Below are positions 10,230-19,974 of a stretch of 64,000 nucleotides of DNA, in pieces. Numbering within the stretch: the first letter of the stretch is position 1; the number at the start of each line of letters is the position of its first letter. The position numbers were made by a program, and so were the translations under genes. The notes beneath the pieces are model-generated. The model was not told the origin of the DNA. It ran no database searches and saw only the letters and a list, made by a program, of their open reading frames with translations. Origin of the DNA: Candidatus Altimarinota bacterium (GTDB lineage Bacteria > Patescibacteriota > Gracilibacteria > UBA1369). The stretch covers positions 1,216,001 through 1,280,000 of the forward strand of contig OY782391.1 of NCBI GenBank assembly GCA_963677745.1. Reading direction: 5' to 3'.

Positions 10230-10659
10230 TCCTGACTGCTTCCTTTACCGCCCATTTATGGAAATCCCGCCCCGGACCGTTTAGAAATTCCTCCACCGTT
10301 AACCAGTAGGGGACATGGTCCGGTTCCGTTGCCTGGGAAGGCTCAAAACTGATCATTCTGGCGACGTAAAAAGTCGCCAGTTTGTTCAGGTTTTTCAGTT
10401 TAGGTTTCAAAAAATACTGATTGGCTTTACCCAAAAAACGCAGGTCGGTGATTTCACAGCCTGCTTCCTCCATCGTCTCGCGCCTGGTTGCAGTTTGATG
10501 GTCTTCGCCGGCTTCCACTCCGCCTCCCGGCAGATGGTAGACATCGCGGACTTTTAAAACCAGAAGTTCCTGGCGTTCATTAAACACTATGGCATAGGCA
10601 CAAATCCGCTCAGTAAACTCACCCGGATGTTCTCCGAATTGTAAAACTAGCTCGTCCAT
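10216..10659 (-). CDS. NUDIX hydrolase
   Basis: Nudix box GGGVEAGEDHQTATRRETMEEAG. Confidence 0.95.
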   Translation of the reverse strand: MDELVLQFGEHPGEFTERICAYAIVFNERQELLVLKVRDVYHLPGGGVEAGEDHQTATRRETMEEAGCEITDLRFLGKANQYFLKPKLKNLNKLATFYVARMISFEPSQATEPDHVPYWLTVEEFLNGPGRDFHKWAVKEAVRTISE

Positions 10660-10940
10660 TTTTATTTTCCCAAAATTTTAATGGTGGGCCCAGCAGGACT
10701 TGAACCTGCGACCAATCGGTTATGCTTCTCACTATCACTTTCGTGATCCCTTTCGGGTTTGTAAGCTGGACTATCCCTTCTCCCTCGAGGGGAGTCTGCC
10801 GTCTAGTCTCTACACCTTCCGCACCGAAGCGCGGCTTGGCTCGGGATTACCATTGTGTCGCCACTTTAGGCTTCCCCGAATTTGACAGATTATCATTAGA
10901 AAATTGCTTCTCTAACAGCCCTAGTACTCAAAAGAAAAGC

Positions 10941-10949
10941 TGATATACT
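10941..10949 (+). promoter_or_regulatory. extended -10 promoter for the HNH gene (leaderless transcript)
   Basis: TG-A-TATACT ending 6 nt before the ATG at 10956. Confidence 0.55.
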
Positions 10950-10955
10950 ACGGTT

Positions 10956-11321
10956 ATGAAAAAACACACTAACTGTACAATTTGCTCAAAACCTCTTGAT
11001 GGAAGACAAACGTTATTTTGCTCTATCAGATGCAAAAACGTTTATCACCAAAGCTATCAATCCCAGAAACAACGAGCATTAAAAAGAAAGTCAAATCTGG
11101 TAAAAGAAGCAGGAGATAAATGTACTCGCTGCGGATATAATACGAATCTTGCTGCTCTCGCCTTTCATCATCTTGATCCAAAAAAGAAAGATTTTAAACT
11201 TGATGCCAGATCTCTCTCTAATAGGACATTGGAAAAAATTGAACGCGAATTAAGCAAATGCATATTATTATGCCACAACTGTCATGCGGAAATTCATAAC
11301 CCAGAGATGAGTCTTTCTTAA
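10956..11321 (+). CDS. intron-encoded HNH homing endonuclease with N-terminal Cys4 zinc finger (antisense to the intron)
   Basis: CTIC...FCSIRC; CTRCGY...LAFHHLDP...CILLCHNCHAEIH. Confidence 0.9.
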   Translation: MKKHTNCTICSKPLDGRQTLFCSIRCKNVYHQSYQSQKQRALKRKSNLVKEAGDKCTRCGYNTNLAALAFHHLDPKKKDFKLDARSLSNRTLEKIERELSKCILLCHNCHAEIHNPEMSLS

Positions 11322-11423
11322 GAATCTTTAAGCCGACTGCTCTAACCACTGAGCTATGGGCCCATTTTTCAATGTGCATCTCCGCCTGTTGCAGCCGCCT
11401 GCTGCCTTAAAATCCATACCAAA

Positions 11424-11469
11424 AGAGGGGAGGCATGCTAATCTTAATCAACGGCTTCCCCTCTGTAAA
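11424..11469 (-). terminator. intrinsic terminator overlapping the tRNA-Ile2 promoter
   Basis: AGAGGGGAAGC...GCCTCCCCTCT-TTT on the minus strand; TTTACA-17 nt-TAAGAT with the -10 in the loop. Confidence 0.6.
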
Positions 11470-11499
11470 TAGAAAAATCACCGCACAGCAGCATGGAAA

Positions 11500-12204
11500 T
11501 TAACTGCTCTTCTTGGTCTTGATCAGACTGATGTCAGGTACGTTATCTGTCAGTGAGCATGATTCCATCAGAGAATAACCTTCCTTCTCAAAGGGACGGA
11601 TTATATTGTCGGCGTCTTCGCTGTGCATTCCGGTTGCGGAAGCTGCCCAGCCCGCACTTACCAGACTAGCCTGAATGTCATCGCAAACCTGTTTTAAATC
11701 TACGTTTTCAACTTTATAACTGAGTGAAGCCATGGTGTCGGCACTGAAATAGCTGAAATCAGTGGCACCACTTGGGCTGGGTAAATCCGCCGGTGCATCG
11801 GATGGTCTTGCCGCACCTTCCCCCCCCTGAAATGTACTTACTTTTCCCTGGGTGTCCGTCACTGTCATTATATTTCCATCTGTTTTTAACACTTCCTTAC
11901 CACTCTCGTCTTTGATTACCACATTGTCTCCTCCGCCTGATCCTTCCACCAGTGTTTTGCCGGTATTGTCAGTCACCTTAAAGTTGGCGTCTTTGCTGCT
12001 TCCGTCAATTGCCATATTGCCATCCTTGGTTTGCACCGTGAATTTTCCGTTTTCCAGATCGTCAAATTTCACCTTAACCTCTCCGTTGGAGGCTGAGTTA
12101 ATAATGCCTTCGGCGAGTTTGTTGCCAATTTGATCCTCCAGATTCTGACAGCCTGCCAGAATCAGAGCGGCTGCCGCTCCGGCCAATAGAATTTTTTTGT
12201 TCAT
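11500..12204 (-). CDS. lipoprotein
   Basis: MNKKILLAGAAAALILAG-C lipobox; start refined to ATG 12204. Confidence 0.8.
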   Translation of the reverse strand: MNKKILLAGAAAALILAGCQNLEDQIGNKLAEGIINSASNGEVKVKFDDLENGKFTVQTKDGNMAIDGSSKDANFKVTDNTGKTLVEGSGGGDNVVIKDESGKEVLKTDGNIMTVTDTQGKVSTFQGGEGAARPSDAPADLPSPSGATDFSYFSADTMASLSYKVENVDLKQVCDDIQASLVSAGWAASATGMHSEDADNIIRPFEKEGYSLMESCSLTDNVPDISLIKTKKSS

Positions 12205-12229
12205 GTCTTTCCATTTATGAAATAAAAAC

Positions 12230-13189
12230 TTATTCACTTATAACAAAGGCATCTCGTTCCGACAAGTTTGTTCCGTAGCCAAATATTACCGGAAATTTGT
12301 CACGCACCTCGCCTCTCAGATATTCAATGTCATCGATTTCCAGCGCGTCAAAATGGTCAAGCACATGTTCCTGCAGAAAAGACTGCAGCTGCCGAGCGGC
12401 CTCCTCGCTTCTGCATAACTCCATCAGACGGGCACCCGGTTTCAACGTTATGGGCAGATTGTTCCGGAATTCAAATTGGACATAATCCTGTTTGTCCAGA
12501 TTATAGGCAATAATGTTCCTGGCCACATGACCGGAAGCCTGGGCTTTATCCATCAGTTTGGCAATCAGCGCAACCCGGTCATTATCTGCCGGGACTTCAA
12601 ATCTGTTATAAATTGGGATGATTTTTTGCGCTTGTTCCCTGGGTAGTGATTTGTGCAGTGCGTACTTGGCCCACCTTGGTTCCAGCTTCTTTTTTCTGAT
12701 TCCGTCCAGAGTTCCCTGATTGGTAAGGACTACATCGCCGGTTCCGATTTCTCCCACATCATGGACTATTATCATCGTCAGAAGTTCGTGCCAGACGGAT
12801 CTGTCTTCACCCGTGATTTCAGCATAAAGCGCCGGGTATTCCCTTTCAATCAGATTACACCACTTTATCAGGCCCAATACATGATCCAGATCGTTTTCAT
12901 GGAAATCAGGATTCATTTTTCGGGGTTGGTCCTTCCAGGTTACATTCTGCCAGCGCAGGGTTTTTTCCAGTCCTGCGACCAGTCCCTGTCTTACCTCTCT
13001 CCTGACTTGAAGATATTCAGGTTGAAAACTCCTTGGTAGAACATCCAAAATTGGATCGGACTCACGTCGAAGCTGCAAATCATGTGAGGATAAATATTTG
13101 GCCCGGCGTTGGAATCCAACCTTTGGTGAAGTGACAGTATCTTGTTCCGCTTCGCTTTTTAATCCGGTCCAGTCTGATTCAAAAGCCAT
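12230..13189 (-). CDS. HD-domain protein (YfbR/5'-deoxynucleotidase-like)
   Basis: ENDLDH...VHDVGEIGTGD...MDK motifs. Confidence 0.8.
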   Translation of the reverse strand: MAFESDWTGLKSEAEQDTVTSPKVGFQRRAKYLSSHDLQLRRESDPILDVLPRSFQPEYLQVRREVRQGLVAGLEKTLRWQNVTWKDQPRKMNPDFHENDLDHVLGLIKWCNLIEREYPALYAEITGEDRSVWHELLTMIIVHDVGEIGTGDVVLTNQGTLDGIRKKKLEPRWAKYALHKSLPREQAQKIIPIYNRFEVPADNDRVALIAKLMDKAQASGHVARNIIAYNLDKQDYVQFEFRNNLPITLKPGARLMELCRSEEAARQLQSFLQEHVLDHFDALEIDDIEYLRGEVRDKFPVIFGYGTNLSERDAFVISE

Positions 13190-13252
13190 AAATGATTTTT
13201 ATTTATCACTTGCAACCTATACTCGCGGACTTCCGTCATCAAGCAACTGGCA

Positions 13253-13282
13253 TTGACGCCCCCCTATACCCGTTGCTATAAG
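13253..13282 (+). promoter_or_regulatory. sigma70-like promoter of hppA
   Basis: TTGACG-18 nt-TATAAG with a TG extension. Confidence 0.5.
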
Positions 13283-13324
13283 TTATAGCGACTTGTTTTT
13301 GTATTTCTTAACACAAAATTCTAT

Positions 13325-15337
13325 ATGGGGTTTCTTTTGGATCCTGTCGTCAGCGCGATTCTGGTTTCGTGTTTGGCGCTTCTCTATGCCGTCTACTTGA
13401 CCTGGCAACTGCTCAGTGTCGAGACCGGAACGGAAAAAATGCAGAGCATAGCCGGTTACATCCGCGAAGGTGCCACTGCCTATCTGAACAAGCAGGCAAT
13501 GTACATCGGTATTTTTGCCGTTGTGATTTTTCTGCTGCTTTGGCTTCTGTTGCCTAACGGCGTCAAGATCGCCGTTGGTTTTCTGGTTGGTGCCGTCCTT
13601 TCCGGTTTTGCCGGTTACATCGGCATGATTGTTGCCACCAGGGCCAATGTCCGCACCGCGGCCGTGGCCAAACACGGTATGAAAGAAGCTTTTAATCTGG
13701 CCTATAAAGGCGGAAATATCGTCGGACTGTTTGTGGTTGCCACCAGCCTTTTGGGTGTCAGTTTCATGTATTATTTTTACAAGGATCCGACCATGATGAT
13801 CGGTTTCGGTTTTGGAGCCAGTTTGATCTCATTGTTTGCCCGTGTCGGTGGTGGGATTTACACCAAGGCCGCCGATGTGGGAGCTGATCTGGTCGGTAAA
13901 GTGGAGGCCGGAATTCCCGAGGATGATCCAAGAAATCCTGCCGTGATTGCCGATAATGTCGGTGATAATGTCGGTGATTGTGCCGGTATGGGTGCGGATC
14001 TTTTTGAAAGTTATGCCGTGACTCTGATTGCTTCCATGATTCTGGCAGCCACTCCCGCCATCAAAGCGATTTACGGAGAGAATGGAATTTTACTTCCGAT
14101 TATTCTCGGTGCCGTGGCCATAGTTGCCGGTATCATCGGTTCGTTGTTCGTACGTCTGGGCAAAAAGAAAAATATTATGGGAGCCTTTTATAAGGGCATT
14201 TTTGTCACCGCCCTGGTGGCCACGCTCGGTTTCGGAGGAGTAATCTATTTCTTTTTCCCCGGTCAATGGATTCCGCTTACCGGTTGCGCTTTCATCGGTC
14301 TGGTTATCATGGTTCTCATCAATAAAATCGCCGAATACTACACTGCCACGCATTACAAACCTGTCCGCTCCATAGCCAAGGCTTCCGAAACAGGAGCCGG
14401 TACCAATTTGATTGCCGGTCTGGCTATCGGTAAAGAAAGCACACTGCTTCCGGTTCTGCTGATTCTGGCAGGTATGCTTGCCGCACACCAATTGGCCGGT
14501 ATTTTCGGTATTGCCATTGCCGCCGTCGGAATGCTGTCCACTACCGGTCTGGTTATCTCCATGGATTCTTATGGACCGATTACCGACAATGCCGGAGGTA
14601 TTGCCGAAATGTCCGGTCTGCCGGAAAAAACCCGTGAGGTTACGGACGAACTGGATGCCGTTGGCAACACCACCAAGGCCGTTACCAAGGCTTTCGCCAT
14701 CGGTTCCGCCGCTCTGGCCGCTCTGGTTATGTTTGCCGCTTTTACCGATTATTTCCCCGGTATGCGGTTTGATCTGAGTAACATTTATGTACTGGTTGGT
14801 CTGTTCCTGGGCGCAGTAATTCCATTCGTTTTCTCTTCCATGACCATGAAGTCAGTCGGCAAGGCCGCCTTCTCCATCGTCACCGAAGTCCGCCGCCAGT
14901 TCAAGGAAATCCCCGGCATTATGTCCGGTGAAGGCAAACCGGAATATGGAACCTGCGTGGCTATCGTCACTCAGGCCGCTCTCAAAGAAATGATCCTGCC
15001 CGGCATTCTGGCCGTTGTTTCCCCGCTGCTGGTTGGTTACCTGTTTGGTCCAAGGGGACTGGCCGGTATGCTCACCGGTGTAATTATTTCCGGTTTCCTG
15101 CTGGCTATCCAGATGACCACCGGAGGTGCCGCCTGGGACAATGCCAAGAAACATATTGAAAAGGGTCATCATGGCGGCAAGGGCTCCGACGCCCACAAAG
15201 CAGCCGTGGTTGGTGATACTGTCGGCGATCCATACAAGGATACAGCCGGACCAGCCCTCAACTCCCTGATCAAGGTGATCAACACTATTGCTCTGATTAT
15301 CGCCCCTCTGCTGACCACCATCGCTCTGATGAAATAA
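13325..15337 (+). CDS. hppA: membrane-bound ion-translocating pyrophosphatase, K+-independent (H+-pumping) type
   Basis: [44 protein letters not shown]; GNTTKA (Lys at the K+-site position); GGAWDNAKK; [14 protein letters not shown]. Confidence 0.98.
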   Translation: MGFLLDPVVSAILVSCLALLYAVYLTWQLLSVETGTEKMQSIAGYIREGATAYLNKQAMYIGIFAVVIFLLLWLLLPNGVKIAVGFLVGAVLSGFAGYIGMIVATRANVRTAAVAKHGMKEAFNLAYKGGNIVGLFVVATSLLGVSFMYYFYKDPTMMIGFGFGASLISLFARVGGGIYTKAADVGADLVGKVEAGIPEDDPRNPAVIADNVGDNVGDCAGMGADLFESYAVTLIASMILAATPAIKAIYGENGILLPIILGAVAIVAGIIGSLFVRLGKKKNIMGAFYKGIFVTALVATLGFGGVIYFFFPGQWIPLTGCAFIGLVIMVLINKIAEYYTATHYKPVRSIAKASETGAGTNLIAGLAIGKESTLLPVLLILAGMLAAHQLAGIFGIAIAAVGMLSTTGLVISMDSYGPITDNAGGIAEMSGLPEKTREVTDELDAVGNTTKAVTKAFAIGSAALAALVMFAAFTDYFPGMRFDLSNIYVLVGLFLGAVIPFVFSSMTMKSVGKAAFSIVTEVRRQFKEIPGIMSGEGKPEYGTCVAIVTQAALKEMILPGILAVVSPLLVGYLFGPRGLAGMLTGVIISGFLLAIQMTTGGAAWDNAKKHIEKGHHGGKGSDAHKAAVVGDTVGDPYKDTAGPALNSLIKVINTIALIIAPLLTTIALMK

Positions 15338-15365
15338 CAGCCAAGAATCAGTACTGAACAAAAGC

Positions 15366-15401
15366 TAATAAAAGGCGCGCCCGCGGGCGCGCCTTTTATT
15401 A
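15366..15401. terminator. intrinsic terminator downstream of hppA
   Basis: Perfect inverted repeat TAATAAAAGGCGCGCCC-GC-GGGCGCGCCTTTTATTA. Confidence 0.85.
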
Positions 15402-15445
15402 ATAGCTATTTTATGCTAAAATAATAAGATTATTTAATTGCAAAA

Positions 15446-17404
15446 ATGGCTGTCAATTCGGTAAATAGCGGAGACCAGACACGGCGGGACAACCATCTGC
15501 CGGTACCCGATGATCTTCAGATGGCGGAAAGCCTTGAATTTCAGGATACCGAGAGACGTCCCGGCGCAGGTGAGGAGGGGGATCCTGAATCACTTCCTGG
15601 GAGTAAAACCGATGTCATGAACAAGCCGATCGGTTTTGTTGAACCGGAAAGCCCGGCAGCACTGACCGTTGCCTCGTCGGGAATAAATGACTATCTGGCC
15701 AGTACCCATGGCAAGGTGGGAAAAGCCTTACGGGAAATCAAAATTTTTGAGCCCTCCGTGGACGATCAAACCTCATCGGAATATGCCGAGTTAACTCAGG
15801 TAAAAAGAGGAGATCTTTCCCAGACCTTTCCCAGCGCCGGCGTCTGGCAGGATGTCGACCTGAGTAAAATTGAAGAATCTTTCGCCAATCAAACAGCTGC
15901 CGCGAAACAGGCAAACCCAAACGAAGAAGGCACTGTTGTTAAACATTTATCAAAAGAAGGGAATGATTTTGTTGAATTGACCCCTGAACAGGCAGAGGCA
16001 TTATTGGCAGAAGCCTCAGGGGAAGAGTTTCCCGAAATAGAAATTGACGAAAAGGAAATGCCTGCCATCGCCCCCATTCCGCTGGAGCAATTTATTCTCA
16101 AGGAAAAGTTGGAAAGTCATGACGCCTATCATGTATTCCGCTTGCTGATGTTACATCGCGAAGATCCCCTCCTCTGGAAATTCCTGTCGGAAAAATCCAG
16201 TAATCCGGCCAATTTTGAAATATTCAGACGGAACTGGAAAAAGAGACTGGTTCTTCCGCCCAGGAATAAGTTGAGACCTTTACTTTCTCCCAATTTTGTC
16301 CAGTCATTGCTGATTACCGGAGGAGTAAGGGAGAAAATCAAACATCCCCGCTACGGTTATGATGTTTCGGTTTTTACTTATTCCGATGAGAGAAACAAAT
16401 TGGGCGGCGGGCAACAGGGAGAGGTTTTACATGTGCTGTTTGCCGACGAGAATGCCAAGGAAAGAAAAGACATCCTGGTTTTGAAAGCGGTTTTACTTAA
16501 AAAAGCTCTTCCGACCGAAATGGCCCAGGAAAACTTTGAGAGGGAACGACAGATTGCCATCTATTGCGGGAAAATTGTAGAAAACAATCCCGAAGATTCA
16601 CGCAGTGGGCATTTGCTGACCCCGATTTATGTCGGAACAGATAAGATAATCATGCCGGTGCTCCGTGATCAAAACGGCCAGTCTTTGAACCTCAAGCAAA
16701 TTGCCAGAAACAATGATTTTAGAACTTGGACCCGCTGTCTGGCAGGGGCAGTAAAAGGAGCCAATTTTGCCAGTGATAACGGACTGATAAATTCCGACTT
16801 TAAACCGGATAATATTGTTAACACAGAGGCCGGCGGTGTCATGATCGACTGGGGTGGCTTGATCAGGGCCGACGACGTAAAAAACGGCAATCTGATTTTA
16901 ACCGACCTTGGCGATGGAATTGTCTGGCCGCTGCGCCCCAGCGGGAAAACCCCGCCGCTCACGCCCAACTATTGGTGCGGTCACCTGATGGCAATGGAGT
17001 TGAAGGGTGATCTGCCTGCCGGGGCTCTTCATAAATACATGTTTGCGAGGATTATTGAAAAATATTTAATTACGAAATACGCTGCGGATTTTGACCGCAA
17101 ACAAGTCAAGGAGGTCGTTCCGGAAAATAAAAAAGATGTGCCCTTCGGCAAGTTGCCCGATAATATTAAACTGAATTATCCGCCGCTTCAGATTCCAACC
17201 GAAGCAGTGCTGCCTGAGGAAAAATTATTATATGAACTATATCTAAAACTGCACCAGTCGCACCGTCATCCTTTCCGTTTCAAAAACAATGATACCAAGC
17301 AGGGCATTGATCCGGATTATATTTCCCTGAGCGAAATCGTCGACAGACTGGAGGAAATTTCCAATCTGCCGTCTAATGAGCCCGATACCCAGCCAACAAA
17401 ATAA
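15446..17404 (+). CDS. protein kinase-like domain protein with long acidic disordered N-terminus
   Basis: LGGGQQGEV (Gly loop), VLLKK, FERE (helix C), NSDFKPDNI (catalytic loop), IDWGG (DFG-like). Confidence 0.8.
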   Translation: MAVNSVNSGDQTRRDNHLPVPDDLQMAESLEFQDTERRPGAGEEGDPESLPGSKTDVMNKPIGFVEPESPAALTVASSGINDYLASTHGKVGKALREIKIFEPSVDDQTSSEYAELTQVKRGDLSQTFPSAGVWQDVDLSKIEESFANQTAAAKQANPNEEGTVVKHLSKEGNDFVELTPEQAEALLAEASGEEFPEIEIDEKEMPAIAPIPLEQFILKEKLESHDAYHVFRLLMLHREDPLLWKFLSEKSSNPANFEIFRRNWKKRLVLPPRNKLRPLLSPNFVQSLLITGGVREKIKHPRYGYDVSVFTYSDERNKLGGGQQGEVLHVLFADENAKERKDILVLKAVLLKKALPTEMAQENFERERQIAIYCGKIVENNPEDSRSGHLLTPIYVGTDKIIMPVLRDQNGQSLNLKQIARNNDFRTWTRCLAGAVKGANFASDNGLINSDFKPDNIVNTEAGGVMIDWGGLIRADDVKNGNLILTDLGDGIVWPLRPSGKTPPLTPNYWCGHLMAMELKGDLPAGALHKYMFARIIEKYLITKYAADFDRKQVKEVVPENKKDVPFGKLPDNIKLNYPPLQIPTEAVLPEEKLLYELYLKLHQSHRHPFRFKNNDTKQGIDPDYISLSEIVDRLEEISNLPSNEPDTQPTK

Positions 17405-17413
17405 TAAAATAAA

Positions 17414-18085
17414 ATGTCCACCGATAAAATCAATGAAAATCCGCTATCCCTGATACTTAACGCCATTGTGTTTCTTACAAAAAGTGCCAATGCCGGAGAG
17501 TTTAAAAAGGAAAATCCGCCCGCCGCACCCGAAAGATTCACTCTGGAAGGGCTGATTTCCACTTTGCTGGGAATAAATCAGGACAACTTTCTAACAGAGG
17601 CCCCGCTTCACGCATACCTTGGCAATTTCTCACGTGGTGAAGAAAATGACAACAGCAGTCTGCCGGATTCGGACCAGGCTCCTGACGCCCAGCTGCTCAG
17701 ACCGGTCAGACAGGCGATTCCCGAGGGAGCACGCCTAACTTTTGCCGTTCTTCCCTGCCGAATTAACGGACTGCCACTTGTTCCTCTGGATTATGATGAC
17801 ATTCAGAATAATAATTTTAATTATTTCCACGTCTTTTACAGTGACCCGAATAATAAGCGGGGAATGGCTAAAACCGCTGACTGCGAGGAGTACGCTCCAT
17901 ACTTAATGGTTATTCCCCAGGAGTTCCTGGATCAGTGCTCTTTCGTGGTCAAATATCCCGACTCTCTCCCGCCAATGCTAAATGAAAGGGATCCGGCCAG
18001 AGACGAACGGGATTTCCTCTATTTTGAAGGTGAATGCCTCAAAATATTCCGGAATATCCAGAGTCTTTTGAAAACGAACAAATAA
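17414..18085 (+). CDS. hypothetical protein
   Basis: 223-aa ORF 9 nt downstream of the kinase gene. Confidence 0.7.
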   Translation: MSTDKINENPLSLILNAIVFLTKSANAGEFKKENPPAAPERFTLEGLISTLLGINQDNFLTEAPLHAYLGNFSRGEENDNSSLPDSDQAPDAQLLRPVRQAIPEGARLTFAVLPCRINGLPLVPLDYDDIQNNNFNYFHVFYSDPNNKRGMAKTADCEEYAPYLMVIPQEFLDQCSFVVKYPDSLPPMLNERDPARDERDFLYFEGECLKIFRNIQSLLKTNK

Positions 18086-18099
18086 TTATTTACATACGG

Positions 18100-18603
18100 T
18101 TAATATCCTTCGTCGATAATGGTGGAAGTAGAACTGGTATCCGGTGCCGGTGGATTCAGATCAAGATTCAGGACTCTCCACTGCCCGTTTTCATTGACCA
18201 GCTGCATGGTAATCGGAGCAACCTGACCGTCGGTGGCGGTAATGGTGCCGCTGATGGTGGCAAAATTATTTTCAATGCTAAAAGAATTGAAAGAAGTTGA
18301 TTTAACCTTTGTTAATACCGGGAATTGAACCAGAAATCCGTTAAACTGTTCTTTGGACACAGTATTTTTGAACTCAATGGAACCCGAATCATAGGCAGTG
18401 TCCACCTGATTGCTGGACAGCTGTGTCAAAAACGTCTCACCTGTTTTCAGGGTTGGGCCGCCCGCCCAGAACACCAGGGCAATGATACCTGCCACCATGG
18501 CAATCAATCCTCCAAAACAAATACCAACGATCAGAAGCCAATTGGTCTTTTTCGGTGCTGTCGGATTATCGGGCTGACCGGGCGCCTTGGGCATCATGTT
18601 CAT
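18100..18603 (-). CDS. single-TM membrane protein with NTF2-like (DUF4864-like) extracellular domain
   Basis: TM LLIVGICFGGLIAMVAGIIALVFW; FLTQL...AY...S.EFK; LVNENGQWRV. Confidence 0.7.
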   Translation of the reverse strand: MNMMPKAPGQPDNPTAPKKTNWLLIVGICFGGLIAMVAGIIALVFWAGGPTLKTGETFLTQLSSNQVDTAYDSGSIEFKNTVSKEQFNGFLVQFPVLTKVKSTSFNSFSIENNFATISGTITATDGQVAPITMQLVNENGQWRVLNLDLNPPAPDTSSTSTIIDEGY

Positions 18604-18642
18604 ATTTTTAAAATTATGAAAAATATTTAGAAAAATTATAGC

Positions 18643-19968
18643 CTAGAAGGAAAATTTTTCATAATGGATTTGTCCGGTAGGAATACCGAGCTCCGAAAAA
18701 ATCTTCATCAGAGCGGCGGTCATTGGCCGGGGACCGCAAAGATAAATTTCTCTGTCTTTAAGGTCAGGAACCAGCTTCCGCAGTTTCTCCAGGTTTATCT
18801 GACCTTGCTCGCCCCGGAAATCAGGCTCGTCGCTGATTATAAAGTGGATTGGAAATTTGTATTTTGAGCCAAGTTCCCGCAATTCATCGTGGAATATCAG
18901 CTGATTTTGTTTCTTTGCCGCATATAGCAGTATGGAATCATGACAGTCACAAACTTCCCGTAAGATGGAGATAATTGGGGTAATGCCAACTCCTCCGGCT
19001 ATAAAAAGGTATTTGCAATTCTTTTCCTCCCGGGGAGTAAAAGTTCCGAAAGGACCTTCGATAAAAACCTTGGCAGAGGGGTTTAATTCAGAAATCCGGG
19101 AGGTAAAGTCTCCCAGTTTTTTTATGGTAATACGGAAAGACCCGTCCGGGTTACGTTGTGAAACCGAAAAAGGGTGTGCCTCCCACCAGAATCCTTTTTG
19201 AAGAAATCTTATAATCAAAAACTGTCCGGCTTTCATCCGAAATTTTGCCGGATTTTTTCCGGAGATCTGAATGGAAAAAGTATCTTCGGTTTCTTGTTCC
19301 ACTTTGGCCACCTCAAACCTGAACCTGGTAAAATTATACAGAGGGACAATTAGTTTGAAGACCAGAAAGTTGGCAAAAACAACCAGATATAACCCTGTCC
19401 AATAAGCCGAGAAGAGCTTGTTGCCAAGCAAATCACCGCCAATTTCCAGCTGATGCGAAAAAGCCAGGATTACGGCCAGATAAGTAAGCAGGTGAACCAG
19501 AAACCAGGCCTCATAACGGAAATGCCTGCGTATCAGTTTAATCGACAACACAACCACCGCCAAAAACAGAAAGACGGCAACGGTAGCCGCTGCAACTCCT
19601 TCGAAATTTTGAAAAAAATCGACCATCTGCAGCCAAAAACTGGTTTTGGCATCCATTGCATAGGAAAAAGCCAGTAACACAGGATGAACTAATATGAAAA
19701 ACAACGCCAGAAATCCGTTCAAATGATGAAAATAAGCCAGCTTGTCATGTCCAAAGAATTTTTCCAGCCAGACCGGTCTGCCGATCAGCACAAATTCCAG
19801 CAATACACAAAAAACGGACAACAATCCCGTCAGTCTGCCAAAAGCCAACAACAACCCCGCCGTATCAGAACTGAAAAGACCGTGCGAACCGGCCCACCAT
19901 CCCCAAAAAATCACAGCCAAATTGGCTAAGAGTAGGATTGCAGCCAGCGGTTTTCCAAAATATTTCAT
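18643..19968 (-). CDS. ferric reductase-like transmembrane protein with FAD/NAD-binding domain
   Basis: TM His pairs (HH...H, H...H); GQF, HPFSV, EGPFG, AGGVGITP, CGP, EKF. Confidence 0.93.
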   Translation of the reverse strand: MKYFGKPLAAILLLANLAVIFWGWWAGSHGLFSSDTAGLLLAFGRLTGLLSVFCVLLEFVLIGRPVWLEKFFGHDKLAYFHHLNGFLALFFILVHPVLLAFSYAMDAKTSFWLQMVDFFQNFEGVAAATVAVFLFLAVVVLSIKLIRRHFRYEAWFLVHLLTYLAVILAFSHQLEIGGDLLGNKLFSAYWTGLYLVVFANFLVFKLIVPLYNFTRFRFEVAKVEQETEDTFSIQISGKNPAKFRMKAGQFLIIRFLQKGFWWEAHPFSVSQRNPDGSFRITIKKLGDFTSRISELNPSAKVFIEGPFGTFTPREEKNCKYLFIAGGVGITPIISILREVCDCHDSILLYAAKKQNQLIFHDELRELGSKYKFPIHFIISDEPDFRGEQGQINLEKLRKLVPDLKDREIYLCGPRPMTAALMKIFSELGIPTGQIHYEKFSF

Positions 19969-19974
19969 GGGCGA

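Larger units (their letters stand above)
10725..11330 (-). ncRNA. group I self-splicing intron inserted after U33 of the tRNA
   Basis: Minus-strand core AAATTCGGGGAA (P), AATCCCGAG (Q), GTAGAGACTAGACGG (R), AAGGGATAGTCC (S); terminal omega-G (…GAGAAG|CAT); 5' exon ends in U; IGS GGCTG can pair with exon CGGCT. Confidence 0.93.
10682..11363 (-). tRNA. tRNA-Ile2(CAU), intron-containing (exon 1 11331-11363, exon 2 10682-10724)
   Basis: Joined exons GGGCCCATAGCTCAGTGGTTAGAGCAGTCGGCT|CATAACCGATTGGTCGCAGGTTCAAGTCCTGCTGGGCCCACCA form a 76-nt cloverleaf; paired G1-C72 and no GGG/CCC anticodon stem argue against the initiator tRNA; body resembles Ile2. Confidence 0.9.

Noticed and set aside
10700-10943. 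Short ORFs 10700..10885 and 10722..10943
   Set aside because: They overlap the tRNA exon and the intron catalytic core and show no protein features.
10682-11363. Prophage or integrative element att site, or tRNA pseudogene
   Set aside because: The halves are complementary rather than duplicated, there is no integrase, and the insert has a complete group I core.
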